This document shows positions 49,021 through 57,218 of a stretch of 64,000 nt of DNA, piece by piece. The notes below the pieces were generated by a model. The model saw only the letters and a program-made list of their open reading frames with translations, did not search any database and was not told the DNA's origin. The DNA is taken from positions 23,506 through 87,505 of the forward strand of contig JAFXCL010000028.1 in assembly GCA_017521485.1 (NCBI GenBank), in the 5' to 3' direction. How positions within the stretch are numbered: the first letter of the stretch is position 1; the number at the start of each line of letters is the position of its first letter. The position numbers and the translations under genes were made by a program. The stretch comes from Oscillospiraceae bacterium. GTDB taxonomy: Bacteria; Bacillota; Clostridia; Oscillospirales; Oscillospiraceae.

Positions 49021-49890
49021 TTACTTTTTCAGCTTCATAAGCAGGTCCAGAAGCAGCTGCAGATCCTCCTGCCCGTAAAACTCCAGCTCAAAGCGGCCTT
49101 TGCGCTTGCCGTTTATGATCCGGACACCCCTGCCAAGGGATTTACTCAGTGCCTTTTCGCACTCGGCAACATAGTTGACCTTCAGGGTCACATCCTGAGA
49201 AACCGGCTGCTTCGGCTCTTTTGCCATATTTTTGCACAGCAGCTCTGCCTGCCGGACGGAAAGGCCCAGTGCAGTTATTTTCTGGGCGGCTTCTTTTTGC
49301 GCTTTTTCCGTTTTCAGGCTCAGCACTGCCCGGGCGTGACCGGCAGAGAGCTTATTGGAGCGCACCAGCTCCAGAACCTCCGGACACAAATTCAGCAGAC
49401 GGAGGGCGTTGGCAACCGCCGGGCGGGATTTGCCCACCTGCTTTGCCACATCCTCCTGTGTCAGGCCGTAGCCCTCCATTAGCACCTGATAACCCAGGGC
49501 TTCTTCCACCGGATTGAGATCCTGCCGCTGTAAATTCTCGATCAGCGCCAGCTCCATGGTCTTTTTGTCGTCTGCGTCAATAATCACCGCGGGAACTTCG
49601 GAAAGCTCAGCCAGTCTTGCGGCGCGCCACCGGCGTTCACCGGCAACGATCTGATAATAACCGCTGGGCAGCTCCCGGACGGTCAGAGGCTGAATGATGC
49701 CGTGGGTGGCAATGGAATCTGCCAGCGCCTGCAGCTCCTCCGGGTCAAAATCCTGACGGGGCTGACCGGGATTGGGTTCAACCTTATGAATGGGAAGAAG
49801 CTGATAAGGGCTTTTTCCTGCGGGGGTTTCCTCGGCCCAGTCGCCCATCAGCGCGCCCAGACCTTTGCCCAGACCTTTTTGTCCTGCCAT
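49021..49890 (-). CDS. parB: Chromosome partitioning protein ParB (Spo0J)
   Basis: GLGKGL, NP.QPR, AGERRWRA, ENLQR.DL and HTH KSRPAVAN motifs. Confidence 0.96.
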   Translation of the reverse strand: MAGQKGLGKGLGALMGDWAEETPAGKSPYQLLPIHKVEPNPGQPRQDFDPEELQALADSIATHGIIQPLTVRELPSGYYQIVAGERRWRAARLAELSEVPAVIIDADDKKTMELALIENLQRQDLNPVEEALGYQVLMEGYGLTQEDVAKQVGKSRPAVANALRLLNLCPEVLELVRSNKLSAGHARAVLSLKTEKAQKEAAQKITALGLSVRQAELLCKNMAKEPKQPVSQDVTLKVNYVAECEKALSKSLGRGVRIINGKRKGRFELEFYGQEDLQLLLDLLMKLKK

Positions 49891-49915
49891 AATATTACCT
49901 CATTTAAAAATGGAT

Positions 49916-49931
49916 TGTTTCACGTGAAACA
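49916..49931. other. parS centromere site
   Basis: Perfect palindrome TGTTTCACGTGAAACA. Confidence 0.95.
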
Positions 49932-50687
49932 TCAAAGTCTTTTGTTAATCTCCTCAGCCATTGCCCGATATGCCTGTGCGCCCCGGCTGGAACGGTCGTA
50001 AACCGTGACCGGCAGACCGTGACTGGGGGCTTCTGCCAGCCGCACATTCCGGGGAACCACCGTGCCGAACACCTTTCCAGGGAAATGGCGGCGAACCTCC
50101 TGGGCTACCTGGTTGGAGAAGTTGGTGCGTCCGTCAAACATAGTCAGCGCCACGCCGAAGATCTCCAGGCGGGGGTTAATGCGCTTTTTCACCATCCGCA
50201 GGGTGTTCATCAGGTCGGTCAGACCCTCCAGCGCGTAATACTCGCACTGCACCGGAACAAGAATACTGTCCGCCGCTGCCAACGCGTTTAATGTGAGCAT
50301 TTCCAGAGAGGGAGGACAGTCGATAAAAATCACATCGTAATCGTTGCGAATGGGTGCCAGTGCCTTTTCCAGCTGGTGGCTGGGATCGGACATGGAGATC
50401 AGCTCCACCGCCGCACCGGCAAGGTCGGCAGTTGCCGGCAGCACATCGCCGAATTTTGTGTGGGCGATCACTTCCCGGGCGGGAACATCGTTAACAACGG
50501 TATCATAAATGCTTTTGCGCAGCTTGCGTTTATCCAGTCCCAGACCGGAGGTGGCGTTTGCCTGGGGGTCAAAGTCACACAAAAGGACTTTCTTTCCCAG
50601 ATCCGTTAAAGCGGCAGTCAGATTCACAGAAGTGGTGGTCTTGCCCACACCGCCTTTCTGATTCACAACTGCAATAATTCTTCCCAT
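49932..50687 (-). CDS. parA: Chromosome partitioning ATPase ParA (Soj)
   Basis: NQKGGVGKTT, DPQANAT, IDCPPSL, QCEYYALEG and PRNVRLAEAPS motifs. Confidence 0.96.
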   Translation of the reverse strand: MGRIIAVVNQKGGVGKTTTSVNLTAALTDLGKKVLLCDFDPQANATSGLGLDKRKLRKSIYDTVVNDVPAREVIAHTKFGDVLPATADLAGAAVELISMSDPSHQLEKALAPIRNDYDVIFIDCPPSLEMLTLNALAAADSILVPVQCEYYALEGLTDLMNTLRMVKKRINPRLEIFGVALTMFDGRTNFSNQVAQEVRRHFPGKVFGTVVPRNVRLAEAPSHGLPVTVYDRSSRGAQAYRAMAEEINKRL

Positions 50688-50707
50688 AAGTTTATTCCTC
50701 TTTTGTT

Positions 50708-50723
50708 TGTTTCACGTGAAACA
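50708..50723. other. parS centromere site
   Basis: Perfect palindrome TGTTTCACGTGAAACA. Confidence 0.95.
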
Positions 50724-50737
50724 TTCTGTCGGTCAGG

Positions 50738-51082
50738 TTAGGGTCTCCGACCGGTGTTAATGGTGTAATTGCGGCCTACCGTGGGCAGCGCTTCGCTGCT
50801 TTTATAGGTGTAAACCAGCCCGGCAGCGGTGAGCAAAAACAGAACCGTCACTGCGATCAGTGCCGCAAGGAGACGGCGCACCAGCTGCTGCATTGCCGCA
50901 AGCTGTTCTTCCGGCTGCATGGGCCGTTTGCGGGATTGCTTTTTCGGGGTGGCTGCTTCTGTCCGGTGGGGTAGATGCACCTTTGCGTCCGCTTTTACAG
51001 GGTAGTCAGACATCACACCCAGACAATGGTCGCAAAAGACCTGCTTGTCTGCCGTTTCTTTTCCGCATTTTAAGCAATACAT
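50738..51082 (-). CDS. Zinc-ribbon membrane protein of unknown function
   Basis: CLKCG...FCDHC at the N-terminus, one C-terminal TM helix. Confidence 0.7.
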   Translation of the reverse strand: MYCLKCGKETADKQVFCDHCLGVMSDYPVKADAKVHLPHRTEAATPKKQSRKRPMQPEEQLAAMQQLVRRLLAALIAVTVLFLLTAAGLVYTYKSSEALPTVGRNYTINTGRRP

Positions 51083-51246
51083 CTAAAAAACGCCCCCCAA
51101 CACAAGATAGGTCTATTGTACTACACTTTTATTTGTTCGTAAAGAGGAAGGGGAAAAAATCTGGGGCAAACCTGAAAAAAGTCTTTTCCTTTTTGAAAAA
51201 TATGCTATAATAAAGGGGACTTTGCAAAAAGATTAGGAGAACGGTT

Positions 51247-52278
51247 GTGAAAAGAACCTACTTAGCCGGATTTTTGGCAGTTATAATGGGTGTATCCCTG
51301 CTGTGCGGCTGCGCAGATCAGCAGGCAGAGACCACCCTCCCAACCACACAACAGGAAATCACCCAAGGCACTACGGAAGCCACAACCGCGGCAACTACCC
51401 AGCCTGTAGAAACCACCGAACCGGAGCCTGCCTGGCAGGCGCCGGATTTTGAGATCACATCCTCCCATGTGTTTGTGTATGACAGCGCCACAGAGGGGAT
51501 CATTTTCTCCCAGGGGGATCTGCAGGAGAGGATCGCTCCCGCCAGCCTGACGAAGCTGTATACCGCTTGGGTGGCATTGCAGTATCTGGATCCGGAGGCT
51601 GTGATCACCGCCGGTGAGGAAGTGACCATGATCGACCCGGAGTCCTCCGTGGCGTTTATTTACAAAGGACAGCGCATCTCCGTAGAAATGTGCGTGGAGG
51701 GAATGCTGCTGCAAAGCGGCAATGACGCGGCGTATGCCCTGGCGGTGGCGGCGGGCAGAGCCATCAGTCAGAACCCGGAATTGTCTGTAACGGCGGCGAT
51801 CGGCGTGTTCGCAGGGAAAATGAACGAGCTGGCGCTGGAAAAGGGACTGGAAAACACCCATTTCTCCAATCCCGACGGCATCGACACTCCCGGCCACTAT
51901 ACCAGCATGGAGGATCTGGTGAAAATCAGCCTGTTGGCAATGGAAGAGCCTCTGATCCGAAAATATGCGTCAATGGTAGCCGACAGTGTGACCTACATAA
52001 GCGGCGAAACTGCCGACTGGAAGAACACCAACCAGCTGCTCCATTCCCAGTCCCAGTTCTACTGCGCCGAAGCCTTTGGCTTGAAAACCGGCTCAACGGA
52101 AAATGCGGGAAAATGCCTGATCTCAGCCTTTACCAAGGAGGACGGCTACCTGATCATCGGCGTTTTGGGCAGTCCGGATGACCCCCAGCGCTATGTAGAT
52201 ACGCTCCATTTGTACCAGCACTTTACAAATCAGCCTATTGTAGAGTATATCATCGACCCAACCGAACCGGAACAATGA
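51247..52278 (+). CDS. D-alanyl-D-alanine carboxypeptidase (peptidase S11), lipoprotein
   Basis: Lipobox LLCGC; ASLTK, SGN and KTG motifs. Confidence 0.9.
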   Translation: MKRTYLAGFLAVIMGVSLLCGCADQQAETTLPTTQQEITQGTTEATTAATTQPVETTEPEPAWQAPDFEITSSHVFVYDSATEGIIFSQGDLQERIAPASLTKLYTAWVALQYLDPEAVITAGEEVTMIDPESSVAFIYKGQRISVEMCVEGMLLQSGNDAAYALAVAAGRAISQNPELSVTAAIGVFAGKMNELALEKGLENTHFSNPDGIDTPGHYTSMEDLVKISLLAMEEPLIRKYASMVADSVTYISGETADWKNTNQLLHSQSQFYCAEAFGLKTGSTENAGKCLISAFTKEDGYLIIGVLGSPDDPQRYVDTLHLYQHFTNQPIVEYIIDPTEPEQ

Positions 52279-52324
52279 AAAAATCGGCAGTGCCTTTTGG
52301 CACTGCCGATTGCATTATAATGAA

Positions 52325-53674
52325 TTATTCCTTTGTGAGACAGACAATAGATTCTACATGGGCACATCGCGGGAACAAATCGGCAGCCATTGCGTTTTTC
52401 ACCGCAAAGCCATGCTCTTTTAAAAGGGAAACATCTCTTGCCAGGGTAGCCGGATCGCAGGAAACATAGACGATCCGTTGGGGCTGCATCCGGGAAAGAG
52501 CTTCGATGGTATCGGCGTTTAAGCCCTTTCGGGGCGGGTCGACCACCACCACATCCGGGTGGATGCCCTTCGCCTCCAGCTGCAGTGCCGCTTTACCTGC
52601 GTCACCGCAGAAAAACTCCGCATTTTCGATGCCATTTCGCTTGGCGTTCTCCTTGGCATCCTCCACCGCCTGCGCCACCACTTCCACGCCGATCACCTTG
52701 CCTGCCGCTTTTGCCATTGCCAGTGTGATGGTTCCCACACCGCAGTACAGATCCAGCACAAGGTCGTTTTTAGTGATTTCCGCCTGTGCGATGGCAGCTT
52801 CGTAAAGCCGCTGTGCCTGATGGTGATTGACCTGATAGAAGGACCGGGCAGACAGCCGGAAGTTAAGACCGCACAGGGTGTCCTCAATATACCCCGGGCC
52901 GTAGAGGGTGATAAATTCCTCTCCCAAAACGGTGTTGCCCCGCTTGGTGTTCACGGACAGCACCAGAGAGGTAAAGCCGGGCACAGCCTGCAGCCGCCGA
53001 ATCAGATCCTCCGTGTGGGGCAGCTTCCTGCCGTTTACCGCAAGGCACACCAAAACCTGCCCGGAAACAGCGCCCCGGCGCACATAAATATGGCGCAAAA
53101 GACCATTGTGGGCGATTTCGTCATAGGCAGAGATCCGATAGTGGTTTACATAATCTACCACAAGCTTTTTTACCCGGTCCATTTCCTCCGGAAGGATCAA
53201 ACACCGGTTATTTTCCACCACCGTATGGGTGCCAGCCTTATAAAAGCCGGCAAACACCCGCCCTTTGTGGCTGGACACCGGGTACTGGGCTTTGTTGCGG
53301 TAGCCGTAGCAGCTGGGAGCTCTTAAAATGGAAATTTCTTCCAGCTCCTCCCCGCCGATTCGGTTTAGCGCCTGCCGCACCCGATCCCCTTTCAGCCGGG
53401 TTTCTTCTTCGTAATCCATATGCCAGAAGTCGCAGCCGCCGCACAGCTTGGCAACCGAACACTGGCGATTGATCCGGTGGGGAGATTTTTCTAAAATCTC
53501 CACGATCTTGCCGGATGCCCAGGTCTTTCCCACCTTTTCGATGCGAATACGGCAAATTTCTCCTGCCACTGCATTAGGCACAAACACTGCGCAGCCATCA
53601 ATTTTGGCAACGCCCTGACCTTCTGCGGTATAATCACAGATCTGTGCTTCATAAATTTCATTTTTCTTCAGCAT
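52325..53674 (-). CDS. rlmD: 23S rRNA (uracil-C5)-methyltransferase
   Basis: TRAM domain, CGGC Fe-S site, SFYQVN, DLYCGVG, DPPRKG and YVSCDP motifs. Confidence 0.93.
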   Translation of the reverse strand: MLKKNEIYEAQICDYTAEGQGVAKIDGCAVFVPNAVAGEICRIRIEKVGKTWASGKIVEILEKSPHRINRQCSVAKLCGGCDFWHMDYEEETRLKGDRVRQALNRIGGEELEEISILRAPSCYGYRNKAQYPVSSHKGRVFAGFYKAGTHTVVENNRCLILPEEMDRVKKLVVDYVNHYRISAYDEIAHNGLLRHIYVRRGAVSGQVLVCLAVNGRKLPHTEDLIRRLQAVPGFTSLVLSVNTKRGNTVLGEEFITLYGPGYIEDTLCGLNFRLSARSFYQVNHHQAQRLYEAAIAQAEITKNDLVLDLYCGVGTITLAMAKAAGKVIGVEVVAQAVEDAKENAKRNGIENAEFFCGDAGKAALQLEAKGIHPDVVVVDPPRKGLNADTIEALSRMQPQRIVYVSCDPATLARDVSLLKEHGFAVKNAMAADLFPRCAHVESIVCLTKE

Positions 53675-54140
53675 CTAACACTTGCTCCATACCGATTTTT
53701 TGTGGCATCAGACCCAGTTTTTCGTAAAATCTCATTGCCGTAGGATTGCAGGACCACACATTCAGGGTCACATTGTAGCAGCCTTGCTGCTTTGCATAGC
53801 GGCAAATCTCCTGATAGAGCTTTTTGCCAACTGACTTGCCCCGGCAATTTTCATCCACACACAGATCGTCAATGTACAGGGTTTTGTGATCGGCGATCAC
53901 CGGATCGTTTTGATATGCCTTTAACTGGCAAAAGCCATAGCCCAGCACAAGATCCCCTTCTGCGGCAATGAAAATAGGCTTGTCAGGGGAAGATAGAAGA
54001 CAGAGCACTTGCTCCGGACTGTATTTTTGCGCCCCGGCGCGGAAAATATCCGGTCTGCCTTCCCGGTGTACCTGCCCCACCTGACGAAGCAGAGAAATGA
54101 TCCCATCCACATCCTGCGGCTTTGCAAAACGAATGTCCAT
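53658..54140 (-). CDS. GNAT-family N-acetyltransferase
   Basis: YIDDLCVDE..RGK.VG and N..A.RFYEKLG motifs. Confidence 0.9.
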   Translation of the reverse strand: MDIRFAKPQDVDGIISLLRQVGQVHREGRPDIFRAGAQKYSPEQVLCLLSSPDKPIFIAAEGDLVLGYGFCQLKAYQNDPVIADHKTLYIDDLCVDENCRGKSVGKKLYQEICRYAKQQGCYNVTLNVWSCNPTAMRFYEKLGLMPQKIGMEQVLDAEEK

Positions 54141-54179
54141 ATCCTGACCTCCCTGAGTTTTTTCTTATCATACCATAAA

Positions 54180-54213
54180 TAATTGTCCATTGTCCATTGT
54201 CAATTGTCAATTA
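54180..54213. repeat. Heptamer repeat tract in divergent promoter region
   Basis: TAATTGTCCATTGTCCATTGTCAATTGTCAATTA. Confidence 0.7.
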
Positions 54214-54240
54214 TTTATGGTATCATAAGGAAAAGGTGGA

Positions 54241-55110
54241 ATGTTTATGTGTTATGTTAACTGCAAGCTCTGTCCCCGGCAGTGCGGTATCGACCGGACC
54301 GCGGGGAAGACCGGCTTTTGCGGCTGCAGCGACCAAATGCGTGTGGCAAAGGTGATGCTCCATAAATGGGAAGAACCGGCACTGGCGGGAAATGGGGGCA
54401 GCGGCGCGATCTTTTTTGGCGGCTGTACTCTAGGCTGTCAATACTGCCAGAACCGCGCTATCAGCGGCGGTCCGGTGGGTACGGTTATGACACCGGACGA
54501 GCTGCGCCGGAAAATGGAAGAACTGATCGCCCAAGGGGCGGAAAATATTGATCTGGTGACCCCCTCTCACTACCTGCCCTCTATTTTGCCGGTGCTGGAG
54601 GAGAAGCTGCCTGTTCCGGTGGTCTATAACTGCGGCGGCTATGAAAGGGCAGAAACCTTGCAGATGCTACAGGGAAAGATCGACATTTATCTGCCGGATA
54701 TGAAATATGCAGAAAGCACCCTGGCAAAAGAACTTTCCGGAGCGGCGGATTATTTTCCTGTTGCCGCCGGGGCGATCCGGGAAATGGTAAGACAGGTAGG
54801 GCCGGTACAGTGGCAGGGAGAAAAGGTTGTGCGAGGCGTGATTATCCGACATCTGATCCTGCCGGGGCAGGTGGAAAACTCCCTGAAGGTGCTCGATTGG
54901 ATCGGAGAGAATTTCAAAAAAGGGGAGGTGCTGGTGAGTTTGATGCGCCAGTATACCCCAATGCCCGGGCTGAAAGCCCCCTTTGACCGGAGGGTTACGG
55001 AGGAAGAATATCAGGCAGTGCTTAGCTGGATGTACTTAAACGGCCTGGAGGGCTTTACCCAGGAGGAAGCCTCTGCCAGTTTCGGCTATATTCCGGACTT
55101 TAAAGCGTAG
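54241..55110 (+). CDS. Radical SAM protein (PflX-like, PFL-activating enzyme family)
   Basis: C.LCPR.C, WEEP, GCTLGCQYCQN (CxxxCxxC), YLPDMKY and IRHLILPG motifs. Confidence 0.88.
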   Translation: MFMCYVNCKLCPRQCGIDRTAGKTGFCGCSDQMRVAKVMLHKWEEPALAGNGGSGAIFFGGCTLGCQYCQNRAISGGPVGTVMTPDELRRKMEELIAQGAENIDLVTPSHYLPSILPVLEEKLPVPVVYNCGGYERAETLQMLQGKIDIYLPDMKYAESTLAKELSGAADYFPVAAGAIREMVRQVGPVQWQGEKVVRGVIIRHLILPGQVENSLKVLDWIGENFKKGEVLVSLMRQYTPMPGLKAPFDRRVTEEEYQAVLSWMYLNGLEGFTQEEASASFGYIPDFKA

Positions 55111-55144
55111 GGCTTACGGCTGTCTCCCGCTTTTTTGCGGATAT

Positions 55145-55290
55145 CATACTTTCTCTCCGGCGAGAAAGTATGCAAAGAGCCGCCGAGGACCTTCCGTATG
55201 GTCCTCGGACTCCCCAGACGGCCTAAGGGGAAAGTGGATCGGTTTTTATTGTATCCAACATTTCCTCCGCTTCCCCCTTAGGAATCCCCT
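55145..55290. repeat. TACTTTCT/AGAAAGTA-family palindromic element
   Basis: CATACTTTCTC/GAGAAAGTATG-CAAAGA; CCGAGGACC/GGTCCTCGG; CCTAAGGGGAA/TTCCCCTTAGG. Confidence 0.65.
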
Positions 55291-55414
55291 TGAAGAGGGG
55301 TGGTTGTAGGGATTTATATGCGTTGGGAGGTGTTTCTTTATTTTGCAGTACCTCCCGAGCATATTATGGGGACTAGCTTCATAGGATAGACCAGAAATTC
55401 TGGGAGGGATCGTT

Positions 55415-56566
55415 ATGAAGCGGATCGGTTGGATCTTAGTGGTTTTCGGTATTCTCATAGGCTTATTGCCCATAGGGGCGCAGGCGGCAGCACTGGATGT
55501 TCCTGCAAAAAGCGCGGCACTGATGGATGTGGCAACCGGAACGGTGCTCCATGCTGCCAATGAGCACGAAGCCCTTGCCCCCGCCAGCGTCACCAAGGTG
55601 ATGACTATGCTGCTGATTATGGAGGCGATCGACTCTGGCCGGATCAGCTGGACAGATACGGTCACCGCATCGGAAGCCGCGGCGGCAAAGGGCGGCAGTC
55701 AGGTCTATCTGAAGGTGGGAGAGACCATGACGGTAGAGGATATGGTCAAGTCCATCGCCGTCAGCTCCGCCAACGATTGCGCCTGCGCCATGGCAGAGCA
55801 TCTTGCCGGCAGTGAAAGTGCGTTCGTGGAACAAATGAATGCACGGGCAAAGGAACTGGGAATGAAGGACACCCATTTCGTTAACTGTACCGGTCTGGAC
55901 GATGATCCTGCCGCCGCAGAGCACAAGACCTCTGCCTACGACATTGCTCTTATGTCCCGGGAGCTTCTGAAAAAACACCCGGACATCAAAAAATATACCA
56001 CCATCTGGATGGATACTGTGCGAAACGGAGCATTCGGGCTGTCCAACACCAACAAGCTGGTGCGGTTCTATCAGGGCGCGACCGGTCTGAAAACCGGCTT
56101 TACCTCCTCTGCCGGCTATTGCCTGTCAGCCTCCGCCCAGCGGGACGGTATGGAGCTGATGGCAGTGGTTATGGGGTGCGAGAGCTCTCAGGCACGGTTT
56201 AATGCCTGCAAAGCCATGCTCGATTACGGCTTTTCCAATTATGCAGTGATCCAGCCGGAGATGACAGAAGATGCCCACGTGCCGGTAAAATTAGGAACAG
56301 AAGCCTTTGTGACCGCCCAGCCCGGGCAAAAAGATGCAATGCTCATCGATAAAGCCCAGAAAAGTCAGGTAACCACCCAGATCCAGCTGGAAGAAACGGT
56401 CACTGCACCGGTGAGCAAAGGTCAGCGCATCGGAACAATGACCGTAAAAGCGGGGGAGCAGATACTCAAAGAGATCCCCTTGGTAGCCGCCCAGTCGGTA
56501 GACCGCCTGAGCTGGGGTCAGGTGTTTTTAAAGGTGCTTAAGAGTCTTGCCCTGTCCAATCCGTAA
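55415..56566 (+). CDS. dacF: D-alanyl-D-alanine carboxypeptidase, DacF-like
   Basis: ASVTK, GGSQVYL, SAND, YTTIWMD, NTNKLVRFY and LKTG motifs; PBP5_C domain. Confidence 0.8.
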   Translation: MKRIGWILVVFGILIGLLPIGAQAAALDVPAKSAALMDVATGTVLHAANEHEALAPASVTKVMTMLLIMEAIDSGRISWTDTVTASEAAAAKGGSQVYLKVGETMTVEDMVKSIAVSSANDCACAMAEHLAGSESAFVEQMNARAKELGMKDTHFVNCTGLDDDPAAAEHKTSAYDIALMSRELLKKHPDIKKYTTIWMDTVRNGAFGLSNTNKLVRFYQGATGLKTGFTSSAGYCLSASAQRDGMELMAVVMGCESSQARFNACKAMLDYGFSNYAVIQPEMTEDAHVPVKLGTEAFVTAQPGQKDAMLIDKAQKSQVTTQIQLEETVTAPVSKGQRIGTMTVKAGEQILKEIPLVAAQSVDRLSWGQVFLKVLKSLALSNP

Positions 56567-56651
56567 ACAAATCGTTAAATCTGCAGCTGGGCAGTTGCAA
56601 TCCAAATTATTTGCAATATAATTAAATTATTCTTATGGGCAAGAGGTAAGT

Positions 56652-57065
56652 ATGAAGGGATTTGGAAATTGGCTGCGCCGTCTGGGTGAAAATCTGTCAG
56701 CGGCAATTCGGCGGTTTATGATGGGCCGCTACGGCACCGACAAGCTGAATATTGCCATTTTGGTGGCAGGCCTGATTGCATCGGTGCTGTCCGTGATCAT
56801 TAAATTTCCCCTGCTGAATTTGATTTTTATGGCGCTGTCCTACGCACTGATGGGCTGGGCGCTGTTCCGGATGCTTTCCCGCAATACCTACAAGCGGTAT
56901 CGGGAAAACCGGAAGTATTTGATGCTGGTGCAGCAGTTTAAGGATCGGGAGCACCGGTATTACGATTGCCCCCGCTGCCGTCAGCAGGTCCGTGTGCCCC
57001 GGGGAAAGGGAAAAATTTCCATAACCTGCCCGAAATGCAAGGTAAAGTTTATTCGGAAAACATAA
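56652..57065 (+). CDS. Conserved membrane protein with C-terminal zinc finger
   Basis: FMMGRYG.D.L, two TM helices, CPRC...RVP.GKG...ITCPKC. Confidence 0.8.
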   Translation: MKGFGNWLRRLGENLSAAIRRFMMGRYGTDKLNIAILVAGLIASVLSVIIKFPLLNLIFMALSYALMGWALFRMLSRNTYKRYRENRKYLMLVQQFKDREHRYYDCPRCRQQVRVPRGKGKISITCPKCKVKFIRKT

Positions 57066-57073
57066 GATGAATT

Positions 57074-57134
57074 GTAGGGAACGACCTGTGTGTCGTTCCT
57101 TTTTTTTCGGAACGGCACGCAGGCCGTTCCCTAC
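57074..57134. repeat. Inverted pair of GTAG REP-like palindromes
   Basis: GTAGGGAACGAC...GTCGTTCC ... GGAACGGC...GCCGTTCCCTAC. Confidence 0.78.
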
Positions 57135-57218
57135 GCAGAAAATTCAATTATTTTCACCTTGACGGAAAGGCAAATACGCAGTAAAGTAAAAGTAGAAACC
57201 AAAGAAAGGATGCGCGTT

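Noticed and set aside
54241-55110. Radical SAM enzyme as a RiPP maturase
   Set aside because: PflX-like with no SPASM domain and no adjacent precursor peptide
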